Below are positions 27,163 through 41,964 of a stretch of DNA of 64,000 bases, in pieces. The DNA comes from Octopus vulgaris. Its lineage: Eukaryota. Where the stretch lies: NCBI GenBank assembly GCA_951406725.2, contig OX597832.1:59892001-59956000 (forward strand), written 5' to 3'. A program made the position numbers and the translations under genes. The number at the start of each line of letters is the position of its first letter. Within the stretch, counting starts at the first letter, position 1. Under the pieces are notes generated by a model. That model was not told the DNA's origin. It worked only from the letters and a program-made list of their open reading frames with translations, and did no database searches.

Positions 27163-27822
27163 TGAATAATCTCTTAGATTATTCTTGCTACAATAGTGAC
27201 TGCATGAACTTCTTTCATCCTCTAGCTCTGACAAAATGTTTGAGAAAAATTATATTAATGTGTCTTGTCTGATGAAAATCCATATTTATTGTAACTGATG
27301 ATAGCACTATATTTAAACTGATGTAATGCTTGCATTGTTGAATTAAATGAAGCTGCTTGAAACGATCGTATTGCGCTAATACTTCACATCCTGCTATATA
27401 TTTTGATTATATATATATAAGGACATAAAAAAAAGCGAAGGAGATGCACTTACTCGGAAAGCGAAACCTATATCTATAGCATTGTAGGCAGACGACGTAA
27501 CTGGTCTGCTGCCAACATGTCAAATCTTTCTGTGAAATTAAATATTTAAAATGTTTATCTACTATATAAGTAATCCTATTATTCAATCTTCACTATCATT
27601 ACACTTTCTTCGTAGATAATTCGTCAGTCACTTAGCACCAGTAGATTAGGTTACTTCCATTAATGAAGTCCCACACCTACGTTCGATGTGATTACGAAGA
27701 CGGGAATTATTAACCTGAGATATACAACGGAATGTCTGTCTGTGACTATACACTTATATACATACATATATACATACATCAACACATATATATAGGGTAT
27801 ATATAAGCGTGTGTGTTTGTAA

Positions 27823-27875
<53 letters not shown>

Positions 27876-27957
27876 CACATTTAATTTATATACATTTATA
27901 TACATATATACATACACTTCATACATACACACAAATACATATATATGTATATAAGTA

Positions 27958-28019
<62 letters not shown>

Positions 28020-28503
28020 AATATGTATACACACATATGTACATACATATCTATATACATACATACATATGTAGGAATATAGGAATATATACGTTTGTAT
28101 ATCTAGTGTATGTATATCTATACATACACATACGTATGCATGTTTGTGTGTCAGTGTGTTTGTATGTGTTTGTTGTGTTTGTGTGTATGTATATATTCAT
28201 ATGTATGTGTGTTTTGCGTTTGTGTGTATATATATATATTCATATGTGCTTACATATATACTTCTGCGTGTCTATTAATTATGCTTGTCAGTGAGTGTAC
28301 TTTTGTATATGGTTGGTGACAAAAAAGAATGAACAAAATATAAAGAAACAATGATAAGCTTAGATGAAAGATATAATAAGGAGTTTGGTGGTGCTTATCT
28401 ATAATTGCCACAATGGAATCTACTGCAAAGAACCACCATCATATACATCAACAATTATAAACAATACATAAAATAAATAACGCTATATATGTTTTATATG
28501 TAC

Positions 28504-28571
<68 letters not shown>

Positions 28572-28603
28572 ATGTATTTATGTATATATATAGACACATG
28601 TGC

Positions 28604-28634
<31 letters not shown>

Positions 28635-28786
28635 CACACATATAGGTACATATGTGTATAGATATATATATACACACATATATGTGTATGTAAATGTGTA
28701 CATATGTAAGTATTCATATAGGCATGTATTTGTATAAACATATATACACACCTATATACATATATATTTGTAGATATATATATATA

Positions 28787-28882
28787 TACATATGAGAGGG
28801 ATGACCACATTGTGGATAATCTTAACGCTAGAGGCAGATCAGTTATGGGTTGTCCACATAGTGGTCATCCCTCTCATGTGTA
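28787..28882. mobile_element. ~96-bp hairpin/MITE with ~35-bp imperfect inverted repeats in TA context
   Basis: ATGAGAGGGATGACCAC..TGTGGA pairs with TCCACA..GTGGTCATCCCTCTCAT. Confidence 0.65.
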
Positions 28883-29022
28883 CGTAATACAATTTCCTGA
28901 ACCTCAGTTTTTTAATATGCTAGGCCACTGTTGTTAAATTGATTTTATCAAATTAATATCCAATTTTTACCCTTATTTCAATTTATATATATATATACGT
29001 GCATACATACATACGCACCCAC

Positions 29023-29089
<67 letters not shown>

Positions 29090-29105
29090 AGAGAGAGAGA
29101 GAGAG

Positions 29106-29264
29106 AGAAAATAGTAAAAAGTGAAAAAACTACAGAAGGCTTGTTTTAAAAGGTTAAAAATATATATTTGAGTCAATATGTCTGAAGACATATTGACTCA
29201 AATATATATTTTTTAACCTTTTAAAACAAGCCTTCTGTAGTTTTTTCACTTTTTACTATTTTCT
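29106..29264. repeat. Near-perfect 159-bp palindrome (78/79-bp arms, 2-nt spacer)
   Basis: Arms are exact reverse complements except for one base in an A/T run. Centre ATATGTCT-GA-AGACATAT. Confidence 0.95.
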
Positions 29265-29303
29265 ATATATTCAACCACGTGCTTTCACAAACCAACTTTC
29301 TCA

Positions 29304-29362
<59 letters not shown>

Positions 29363-30411
29363 ATATATCCTAGAATGAACTAGACTGAATGTATGGCTGC
29401 AAATTTCTTTTAGCATGTTCATACATGATATGAATGGGGTTTTACAAGAGTGTTTATGTGTGTGTGTGTGCGTTTATGCTTGTGTATAGTGATGAAAACA
29501 CGACTGTATTTACTCGAACTTATCTCAAACAGAAAGTTCAACGAGCTTGGCACAACCTCTAACACATCAATAAAACACTTCTGGGAAATTTTTTCCACTC
29601 TTTACGTTCCGAATTTAAATTTCGTCCAAGTGGTCTTTGCATTTCATCCTTTCGAGGTACTCAAAATAAAGTATCTGCGCAAACGTTTACTGCGATATTT
29701 AACTCCAAATTTTCTTCAGATTCCGCAACAAAATTTTGAAATTTGAACCTCAATCCCCACGTGGTTTCTTTGTTAAGCTCTTTGGTGATTTCTGCAGAAA
29801 TATCATTCCTGTATCTTAATAGATGGAGTAACACATGCCAGCAATAATCTTACATATAATAAAACGCAATATATCCTAGGGAAACGAAGGCCATTTGGGG
29901 GCTCTCGGTGGGGTCAAGGCTGGTTCGGGAGAAAGTAATTTATTTCATGTATTTGAGGTATTACATTACAGCTGTATTACTGTATTGCAGTGTCATATAA
30001 TGCACCTGCTAGCAGTATAATGACTGTATATGCTTTGCTTCTGCCCTGTGACCCCTATAGCGCTTTGCGTTCCAAGACCATTACAAAATTTACTATGGGG
30101 GACACAGTAATACCCTGGAAAGTCTCAGGGGGTAAGACGATGAAAAGATTAAGAAACACTGCGCTAGGGATAGAAGAGTAAAACAGCAAACGGCGTGAGA
30201 GGGGGTGACATTCGAGAGACGCTGAAAGACAGGTGAAAATATGAATGAGAAGCAGTCCCTGGAACATAAATATGCATATTCATATTTGAATTTTTCTGTG
30301 ATAACGCTGGGGTCATACCAGCACTTGGGTCTTACACCATTTTGCATATAGCCATAGCGAGCGATTTAGCTTACGTCTGGCTTCGTTTTCGGTTCGTGGT
30401 ATTGATAAGTT

Positions 30412-30635
30412 TGAGGGCGGCGAGCTGGTAGAATCGTTAGCACGCCGGATGAAATGCTTAGCGGTATTTCGTCTGCCGTTACGTTCTGAGTTCAAATTCC
30501 GGCGAGGTCGACTTTGCCTTTCATCCTTTCGAGGTCGATAAATTAAGTACCAGGTACGCACTGGGTCGATATAATCGTTTGTCTGCCCTTGTTTGTCCCC
30601 TCTGTGTTTAGCCCCATGAGGGTAGTAAAGAAATA
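30412..30635 (+). mobile_element. SINE A, full length, with 14-bp TSD
   Basis: GGTATTGATAAGTT at 30398-30411 and 30636-30649. Confidence 0.93.
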
Positions 30636-31447
30636 GGTATTGATAAGTTACAAAGATGATTAAGCATTAATATCTACTGCTCCTGCAACGGAACCTAGCG
30701 TGAGTTATCTTGCTGGTCTACGACTTCTAGGTGTTTTTACATCAGACTATTGACGAGAAAATTTTCTTTCATAACTAAAAATTGCAGCCTGCCCACGACC
30801 TGGCAGTACACATACTTTGTGTATGTGTGTTCGATACAGTCTTATATGTATATATATCGAAACACGTGTCTGCTAGCGACAGCTGATGAAGGGTATTTTT
30901 CCTTGTGCAGCATGTCCTGTACTTCGTTTTTCTGCTGCACATATTTGTTTTTCCCGTTTTCGTTTCGTCTTGTTCCACGTCTCTGTCCTGTTGTAACAAA
31001 TGGCTTTTCCGTTTTCGTTTCTGTTGATTTTTACGTCTTCTTGTGGTGTCCTGTACGTATATATATATTTATATATGCATGTATATATACATGTAGATGT
31101 CGGTACGTACATATATGTTTGTATGTATGCATATATTTTATTAATTATACTATATATATATATATATATATATATACTGGTCAGCCTGAGGCTTTAGTAG
31201 AAGACTCTTACCCAAGGTGTCACGCAGTGGGACTGAATCCGGAACCATGTGTCAATATTATTATTCTATTTATCTACGTATTATTATTCTTTCATTGGCA
31301 CAGGTGTGGCTGTGCGATAAAAAGCTTACTTCCTAACCTCGTAGCTCTAGTTTCAGTCTCATAGCTTGGCACCTTGGGCAAGAATTTGCCAGAAGTCCCA
31401 CAGGAAAGAGAAACGACCCAAGTTACACGACGAAAACAGTGAAGTAA

Positions 31448-31996
31448 GAGTCTTCACATAATATCAAGCTGTTAAGTATTGATATATTTACTAATACTAA
31501 CATTAATTTAGCTAATACCATCCATCCCTCTAGAAATATTAATAACAAGGTTATTTTATCTGAAGTCAGTTACAACAGAATCAAGTTTATGTCAAGTAAC
31601 TCTAAAATTAAAAATTCTATATACCAGTGTAAAATTACTACTGCTAGTGAAGTATATTTTTATATAGGAAGCACGAATTCTCAGTTATCTAAAAGAATTT
31701 CTAATCATTACTCTAAATTTAGGAATAGAAATAAACGTAACAGTACAGGGCTTAGTAAATTAATTTGGGATCTAATAGACCACAATAAACAATTTAATTT
31801 AGATTGGTTGATTCTCTCAATCTCAATACCTTATGAGAAAGGCAAGGAATTCTGTCTTCTCTGTAATTCTGAACTATTTTTTATTCTTTTTTCTAAAAAT
31901 CCCCTAAAAATAAACACGGTTATAGAGCGTGAATACCGATGTAAACATTGGCAGAAATATACTTTTAGTTCATATGATATCTATCATTATATATAA
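31448..31996 (+). CDS. GIY-YIG endonuclease domain of a 5'-truncated Penelope-like retroelement (not a host gene)
   Basis: ORF 31589-31996 has SIYQC..FYIGST..SKRISNH..NSTGLSKLIWDL..W.IL..CLLCNSE..IN..CKH. The frame is open from 31448 and includes a SSHNIKLL linker motif. Followed by an AT-rich 3' region, a hammerhead-like motif and (TA)n. Confidence 0.85.
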   Translation, partial: ESSHNIKLLSIDIFTNTNINLANTIHPSRNINNKVILSEVSYNRIKFMSSNSKIKNSIYQCKITTASEVYFYIGSTNSQLSKRISNHYSKFRNRNKRNSTGLSKLIWDLIDHNKQFNLDWLILSISIPYEKGKEFCLLCNSELFFILFSKNPLKINTVIEREYRCKHWQKYTFSSYDIYHYI

Positions 31997-32261
31997 TTTA
32001 AATATTAATTTTCTTCTTACATTTCACATTCACTAGATATATCTTTTTCCAAGTCTATATGGTTTTATTTAATATACATATCGTTATATACATCCCATTT
32101 ATTTAGTTATTCTCTCTTTTATCCCTCCTCTTTCTATAGGCTACCTCTGACGTTATATCCTATAACGTTTTTTGAAACAATCTTAATAGCGTTCAGTTAA
32201 TCACTATACATATCCATCATATTCTGTTAAAATATCTTATTGACGAGTTTCATTTCTTCAT

Positions 32262-32343
32262 TTCCCTGAAGAGAAGATTACATTGTTTAACATTTTATTC
32301 CTTTTGAATAATACCCGTGATATCTTCGAAACATGTGACGGAA
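32262..32343 (+). ncRNA. Degenerate type-I hammerhead ribozyme motif in the Penelope-like terminal repeat
   Basis: TTCC-CTGAAGA-GAAGAT...ATCTTC-GAAAC-ATGT-GAC-GGAA. Palindromic ACATGT stem III. The cleavage triplet reads GUG, so it is probably inactive. Confidence 0.55.
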
Positions 32344-32354
32344 GTAAAAGAATT

Positions 32355-32399
<45 letters not shown>

Positions 32400-32939
32400 C
32401 ACACACACACATACAAAACAGTGTATAGTCCTTCTTTATTTTTAACTTCGGTTACCTCAAGCAAATTAACGTGCTTAATAAGGTATTTTCTAGAAAGTTC
32501 TATTAAATTAAGCACGTAAGTTAGACTCGGACACACACTCACACACACACAAACACATAGGTATACGTTTGTATGTGTGTGTCTGTGTCTGTCTTTCTAT
32601 CTGCATGTGTATGTGCATGCGTACATATTTTTATATGTATATTTACATACGTACTCAAAATAAAAGTGTACGCTTGCAGACGGAGATACGCAGCAATACG
32701 TGTGATTGTTCTTACTCAGAACCTTTGCAAGTAATTCCAGTCAACAAACAACTCACAAAGACACCATTGATATGCAAATAGAGATATTTAAAAGACTATC
32801 CGTTTGAGACTAAGGATTGCCGTTTAGTTGTTGTTAGTAATCCATTTGGCATTGCTGTGTATCTTTCATTCGGTTTCAGTTGCTTCCAGAACGTGAAAAA
32901 GTACAGAGACAAACAGTGCTAGGCAGTGATGAGACACCA

Positions 32940-33662
32940 ACGAACTATACGTTTGTTAAAATATGTCTGTAAGTACCTTAATTTCTAAAGGCAAATTCAC
33001 TGCAGTTGCAGTTGAAAAGAAATTCTCGCTCATGGTAAAAGGTGTGAAAATACCTTACCTAATCATTGTCATCCTCTAGCGAGTAGCCAGCCGCGTTTCT
33101 AGCTTCTTATCCTTCCTCAGTAGAGGAAGAAGGATAACTGACGCGTTTGTAGCTTCTTAACCTTCCTGGGTAGAGGAAGAAGGATAACTCTGGGCAGATT
33201 CTAAAGCCGTAGCTCTATCATCGAATAGAAAATATCAGATTCCAGTTTGCAGACCGCCTGGTTAGCATAAGTACCGAAATAGCAGCTCTAAGCTTCGATA
33301 TGTTTATCATGCCCTGTCATAAACATATTTTAACTGACCGAAAGTTCGTTTGTTCCGCGTTACTGCTTAGCGATGTTGTTTCAGTATTTATTCCGTCTCT
33401 TCTAAGATAAAATTACGGCTTTACAATGTGCCTTAAGTTGCCTTTCTACTACACAAAGTGTCTTTCTTCGGTATTTCCTACTGAGGAGGGCTAACAAGGT
33501 AGAAATGCATCTAGGACTCCGCAAGGAAGCACTGAGCAGATAAGGTGATTTTATATGATATTTTACCATAAGCAAGAGTTTCTTCTCTACGGTAAGTGCA
33601 GTGAATTTGCTTTTGGAAGTTACAATATACCACAAAACATACTTTATCCAACCTAAAGTTCA
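32940..33662. mobile_element. Old ~720-bp foldback element with ~270-300-bp degenerate inverted arms
   Basis: Paired blocks include GCAAATTCACTGCA (32991) with TGCAGTGAATTTGC (33597), TCCTCAGTAG with CTACTGAGGA, and TAAAGCCGTA with TACGGCTTTA. The left arm has a ~49-bp tandem duplication at 33093-33189. Confidence 0.75.
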
Positions 33663-33737
33663 ATTATATGTACGTCTGTATGTTTGCATGCGAGTGTATG
33701 TATGTGGGTGTATAAATATATACACAAGCATCCAAGC

Positions 33738-33799
<62 letters not shown>

Positions 33800-34366
33800 C
33801 TGTGTGTGTGTGTCTGTTTGTGTGTGTCTGTTTGTGTGTGTCTGTTTGTGTGTGTGTGTGTCTGTGTCTGTGTGTGTATCTGTGTGTGTGTGTGTGTGTG
33901 TGACGATCGTAATGAAGGAATTAAGGTAATGCCATCCCTTTCAATCTTCTATGCCCCTCGTCTAATAAATTATCTTTGGAATGTCATTTTGTAAGGAACG
34001 GCTCCCTTTAACGGAAACTTCTACTTCCCCCTTGTTAGTCTGTTTTTGCAGGAGTGCTGTCTGAGGGAATCGGTGTGGAACTCGAAGTAGATGAAGTTAC
34101 CAATAATAGCATGTAAAGATTGGGTTACAAATAAAACACTTCAATAGTCTGCCCCAGCAACTCGAACTCACATTGTCTGGAAGCATGACAGATGTGCTAG
34201 CATTGGTCGAAAGCGATCCTTTCAATTTCTTTATCCAGTTTAGAAGCTTTGTTCTTACCATAGTAAAAAAGAAATCGAATTATTTCACGTCTCGCGATGT
34301 TTTTAAATATCTATGGCGTAAAGCACACACAACTACGCCCCTGATTCTACATGTATATATATATAC

Positions 34367-34431
<65 letters not shown>

Positions 34432-34589
34432 CATGTGTGTGTGTGTGTGTGTATAATACAAATATAAGTATATATATATGTGTGTGTGTATATAATATAT
34501 ATATATATATATAATTTATAAGTAAGGGCAAAAGAAAAAATTTCTAATGCCAAAATATGCCGAAAATAGACACAACGTCAATAACCATG

Positions 34590-34715
34590 TAATTTATCAC
34601 TACAAGCACGCGTCTCGAAAAAAGCCGACAGAAATTTCTAAAAAATCCCGTTATTACCATACCGGACCCGATTTCAGAGTTAGTTCATAGGAACCTTCCC
34701 TTCATCAGTGATAAA
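34590..34715 (-). ncRNA. Degenerate hammerhead-like motif in a probable Penelope-type repeat
   Basis: Minus strand TTTATCA-CTGATGA-AGGGAAGG...CTTTTTTC-GAGAC-GCGTGCTTGTA-GTGATAAA. The GAAA box is mutated to GAGA. Confidence 0.4.
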
Positions 34716-35059
34716 TACGGCAAAGAAATAAGTGAAATACTTACCTATACCCATGGAAGAAGTGAACACTAAGACGTGAGCACAACTAAGTACCCCAAAT
34801 ATATCCAAAATAAAAGCTCTCTAGCCCATCTCGAGACACGTGCGATTCGAACTAAAAACTCTCGTAAAGTGAGAGAGTCCGGAAGTGAATACTATTAAAT
34901 TAACATCTAACATACGATAAAATTTTTCGAAAAACATTCTGTCTATGGCCAGCATATTAAATATGCTGGCCATTGATAGAATTGTGCAATGTCGAAATGT
35001 CTCGATAGATGCCCATTCACGCGAATTACCGAACGGATGCCTCTGTATAAGGCAGCCAT

Positions 35060-36436
<1,377 letters not shown>

Positions 36437-36745
36437 TATAACGTGTGTACTACGAAGATTTAACGTGTCTTCTGCTAATCAAAAGTCACTAAAATTGAGA
36501 GACAATAATAATTTAGGCAAAAATATGCAAATATATTTGCCAATGTAAATCTAGGCTAAAACTTTTAATCTCTCATTAACCGAATCTGTCAGGATTAAGA
36601 TGCTGTCTTGTAAATCCTTCAAATATTTATCTTGTCCTCGGCACACAGCTCATCTGCTGTTCGGTTTTATGGCGTTCCATACTTTTATACGTTCAACATT
36701 CTATAAGGAAAATGTTGAAACACGGATACCTGCACACAAGCACAT

Positions 36746-36801
<56 letters not shown>

Positions 36802-36875
36802 ACACTATCACACATATACACGGACATCAGATACACACACACATATATGCATATATATATGTGCGTGTGTGTGTG

Positions 36876-36913
<38 letters not shown>

Positions 36914-36958
36914 TATATGCATACATATGCATATATATGCATGCGCATGAATATATCT

Positions 36959-36996
<38 letters not shown>

Positions 36997-37182
36997 CTAT
37001 ATATGTATGTGGGCGTATTCATGATTGTGTGTATGTGTGTGTGTGTACATATTCGTACATATGCACGTATGAACGTATAAACAAAGATACGTATGCATAG
37101 ATCATTGCTTACGCATGCATGTATGTCGTGCGTATGTATATATATATATGTGTGTATATATATTTACATATGTATATATATA

Positions 37183-37224
<42 letters not shown>

Positions 37225-37327
37225 TATTTATGTATGTATATATACATATATATATATATGTATATATAAATATATATGTATATATACATGTGCATATATA
37301 TGTACATATATACATATACATATATAT

Positions 37328-37360
<33 letters not shown>

Positions 37361-37675
37361 CAGTCTTCTAGATACAGCTGTATGCATATGGCTCTACGTG
37401 CTAAGTATTTAGATTTCGTGAATAACGATGGAAGATGCGGTGACTGACATCAAACAGAATCGTACATGTCTGTCTGTCTGTCTGTCTGTGTGCAACTGTG
37501 TTGTGGTTGTGTATGTCTGTATGTGTGTGTATATGTACGCATGTGGGAGTGTATGTATGTGTGTATATGTGTTGTCTGTATAAGGTTGCGTATTCATGTG
37601 TATACACACGTACACATACACTCATTTGAATTTCTTTAAGTATTGATGCGTGCGTGCGCATGGAGATATATAAGT

Positions 37676-37745
<70 letters not shown>

Positions 37746-37865
37746 ACGTGTGTATGACTTCGTCTCTGCCCCCTCCTCTCTCTCCTTTCTATCTGCACAC
37801 CCACGCTAAGAATTGGTGAGTTTGTGTACGCATTAAATATGTGTGTATAAGTGTGAGTGTAAATG

Positions 37866-37933
<68 letters not shown>

Positions 37934-38048
37934 ACAGAGACAGAGAGATGGAGAGAGAGAGTGAGTGAGTGAGTGAGACAGAGAAAGAGAGAGGAACAGA
38001 ACGGCAGCCGAAGCGCAGAGAGAGAGAGAGAGAGAGAGAGATGGACAT

Positions 38049-38107
<59 letters not shown>

Positions 38108-38329
38108 TGAATGTTATCAAAGAGTGTAACGACCTGGCCAAGTTTTATTCGTGTAGCATCTGCTAAAGCATGTCATCTTAATCATCCGCCAACTAAGCCG
38201 TTTGGTTGAGTCGTGCATGTAAATCAGAGAGTTGTGATCTGTGAAAGACAGTTTGACTGATAAATTTTGTAACGAAATACGAATATCTGTTGGAGATTGC
38301 CACACAGTGAGGCAAGAGGGGTCGTCGGT

Positions 38330-38812
38330 GAGAGAGAGAGAGAGTGAGAGAGAGACAAAGAGTAAGAGAGACAAAGAGTGAGAGAGAGACGAAGAGAGAG
38401 AGAGAGACAAAGAGAAAGAGAGAGAGACGAAGAAAGAGAGACAAAGAAAGAGAGAGACAAAGAGAGAAAGAGACGAAGAGAGAGAGAGTCAAAGAGAGCG
38501 AGTCAAAGAAAGAGAGAGTCAAAGAGAGAGAGACAAAGAGAGAGAGACAAAGAGAGAGAGACAAAGAGAGAGAGACAAAGAGAGAGAGACAAAGAGAGAG
38601 AGGGAGTCCATGAGAGAGAGAGAGTCAAAGAAAGAGAGAGTCAAAGAGAGAGAGACAAAGAGAGAGAGGGAGTCCATGAGAGAGAGAGACAAAGAGAGAG
38701 AGGGAGTCCATGAGAGAGAGAGACAAAGAGAGGGAGAGAGAGACAAAGGGAGAGAGAGAGACAAAGAGAAAGAGAGAGACAACGAGAGAGAGAGTTAGAC
38801 AGATAGAGAGTT
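38330..38812. repeat. GA-rich cryptic tandem repeat (GAGAGACAAAGA; GGGAGTCCATGAGAGAG)
   Basis: Directly visible. Confidence 0.9.
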
Positions 38813-41699
38813 AGATGGAGTGATGATGGGGAAAGATAGAGCAAGTGTGTGGGTGAGAGAGAAAAAGAGAGAGAGAGAATTTGTAATGATGACGTGACAA
38901 CGACGACCGATTCCACTACAACAGCTGTTCCGTATGTTGATCGGAGAATGTGTTACAACCAGACTGTCATCGATGCTGGCTCGAACAACAACACCAACAA
39001 CAACAGCAACAACACGGGGATTTCAGCAATAACAGCATCAACGTCAGCAATTCCAACAGCAGCATTTGAACGAAGATGATGGCAATGACAACGATGATGA
39101 CAATAACAGCACACACACGCACATGCTCACACATACACAGACATGCCTTCTGCAGATTGTATTAATGGTAAAGGTACGAATGTCACCCAATTGTGCCACT
39201 GCGACTATTGCAGCAACGATTAAGCGTTGTTGACATTGTCGACCGACTTATTAGAATTAACAGCTTAATCTACCTGAAATGACACATAATCATCTTAAAG
39301 TATAAGATGCGTTAAATATTGTGGTTCTGGGTCCCTTACACATTTGAAAAAATGGGATGGTCATGGGTGGAAAGCCTGAAGCTTAATCAATACCACTATA
39401 CATAACTTACTCACGTCTGACCTCAAAACCACTTCATCTAATTTTAGCCAAGGGATCTCTACGTGGTCACTTGAACTACTAGAAATAAAAACTAAATCTC
39501 TCACAAATACACACTCTACAGTCTTCCAGAATGGAGAGACACATTAAGAAATGCAATCCTAGATACACTCTCTTTGAATAATATACTAGACTGTCGTGGC
39601 TGGATCGTCAACATGACCACAATGGTATACAATGTGCAACAACGAAATGATTGCTTTGTATTTTTGGCGGAATTGTAAAAGCAGCGGACAAACTGCCTTC
39701 AGATATTTGTTCCGGCTCTTTATGTTCTGAGTTCAAATTCTTCCTAGTTTAACTTAGTCATGTTTTAAAAAATGAATTTCTTTATTGCTGTGGGTGTGCT
39801 AACTGGCTGGTCTGAGGTTTTGACTGGTTGAGTTAACGAATTAAAACGTTTCTTGGGCTGTGTGAAGAAGTAACTGACTACACCCACGAACATGCATTCT
39901 TTTATTCTTTTATTCTTCTATTTGTTTCAGTCATTTGACTGCGGCCATGCTGGAGCACCGCCTTTAGTCGAACTTATGGACCCCAGTACTTGACAATGTC
40001 AACAATAACTAGAAGCAATTGTGCTACATCCGTGGCGACGGAGTTACCTATCATCTATCTGCCATCTGCCTTAACTGTCTTCCTGGGTCGTCTGGCTGTG
40101 GCAAGAACGGAGACACATTGCATAACAGCTTCAGCATTCTGCATTTACCGCGAAAGGTGGCCTTATTGAAAGGGTAGAAAGGGCTCTTAGCCGTAGTGAA
40201 GGCAATCTATCTAGGGAGATAACCTTACAATAAATCACTCGGTCCGTAGCTTAGAAATACTGGGTTGACGTCCAGCGGAAACAGCTTTGTTTCATGGAGG
40301 AGGAAAGATCTTCTTTAGTACTTGGTTGTACAATGCTTTCCAATGTGTGTAGTAGTGGCGCGCGCACACATTATTAGCCATTCGAAAATACTATGGAATT
40401 TGCAATTAACTGCACCAGGGTTCCTCTTCCCCAGGGAACCAGACCTAATGGTGGACCGTGAGGTCTGATGTAGCATGGTAAATTCCATTGTCTCGACCAC
40501 GGTCGAACAATGATGATGATTATAATGCGCAATAAGATTTAAGAAGATTTGAATCACACGATGGCTTGATGTTGATTGGCTGCTTAATAGACCGATCACG
40601 TGAATTATTGTGGTTCAGCTGTGATGTATGACAGGTTACCTAACGGTTCGGTCTCGAATCACTGCTATAGTATCAATAAAATAAAATACCCATTAAATGC
40701 GAGGTACAGTATTATATCCCGCCTGGCGTTGTAACAACTTGGACATTCCCCTGAATCATTCCCCTGAACAAGAGGATACCTGTGTCTGCTCGAGACCTCA
40801 TGAACAAGTAAAGCAAAAACATGTAGCGAAGAATTATACATTCTGTTGCTTTGCACATGTTTTCGCTTCTTTGAAGCAAATATTTTGTTCACACAACCGC
40901 TTCTCACCACTCTGCACCGCACTTTACATTTTCATTGAAGTCTGCAAGTTCTATGAACCAACAGAGATTGTGTAGCAGAGAGCAGACAAGGCAGTACTCA
41001 ATAATCTGGTTTGCTTCTTCATATTCGCAGGTGGTTGGAGAAATCCTGTAGGAACTGCATCAACTTAAAGCAGTTAAAACCACCACGAACTAAAAGACAA
41101 CGATTAATGCTGTCTCTCACTAAATCATACTAAATTGCAAATGGCGGCAATATCGTAATAAATGAAAGCCAAAATATGAGGTTAACTACAACAATGATTT
41201 ATATAATTAATAGTGAACAGTTAATTTAATGGAGATTACTGATGCTATTATTGTGGACGTTGCTGATGGTGGTGGTAGTGTTGGTGTTTTCTCTATGTTG
41301 TAGCTGATGTTTTTGCAGTTGTTCTTGGTGTTATTTCTGTTGTTTGTGTTGTTGTTGTTGTTGTTGTTATTGTTGTTGCTGGTGGTGGTGGTGGTGCTAT
41401 TGACGTTGTTGTCTTCTTCTTCTTCCAATCAGGTCTCACGCCATTAGCCAAAAAGAATAATCTCTAATTCGAGCCTACTCTAAGCTACTAAGAATGCGTG
41501 TGGAAACTTGAAGATCCACCCACCACACGCGATAGACTGGCGGTTGCATTCGCGTGAAATCTACGTTGGTATCCTCATTCCGTAAACGGTGCCTTTTAAA
41601 GGGTGGAGAGCTGAACCATCCTGGGGTACAGAGGATTCGCAATCTAGACAATGGTTACATAGTGGGTTACACCATGGTTCCTCTGCTTTGTGGCAGAAG

Positions 41700-41866
41700 T
41701 AGGAAAAAAGGGCGAGAGAAAGTTGTGGTGAAAGAGTACAGCGGGTTTCACCACCCCTTCCCGCCGGAGCATCGTGGAGCTAAGGTGGTTTTGCTCAATA
41801 AACACTCAGAATGTCTGGTCTGGAATCGAAACCGCGTTTTTACTAACCGCTGGGCCATTGCGCCCC
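41700..41866 (-). mobile_element. SINE family C, head fragment
   Basis: Minus strand GGCGCAATGGCCCAGCGGTTAG...GGTTTCGATTCC. Confidence 0.75.
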
Positions 41867-41964
41867 CACTGGCGTTGTTGTTGCTGTTGCTGTCGTTTTT
41901 GATATTGTTCCTGCAATTATAGCTGTTGTTGCTATTGCTGTTGCTGCTTTTGCTATTGCTGTTG

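Noticed and set aside
29870-30162. Possible hAT MITE (3' end AAAAGATTAAGAAACACTG)
   Set aside because: Only one TIR-like end is visible, with no matching left end or TSD.
40060-40975. Possible RTE 5' UTR motif and RT-like GCVNKIFA peptide
   Set aside because: Too degenerate and the orientations are inconsistent. It needs a profile search.
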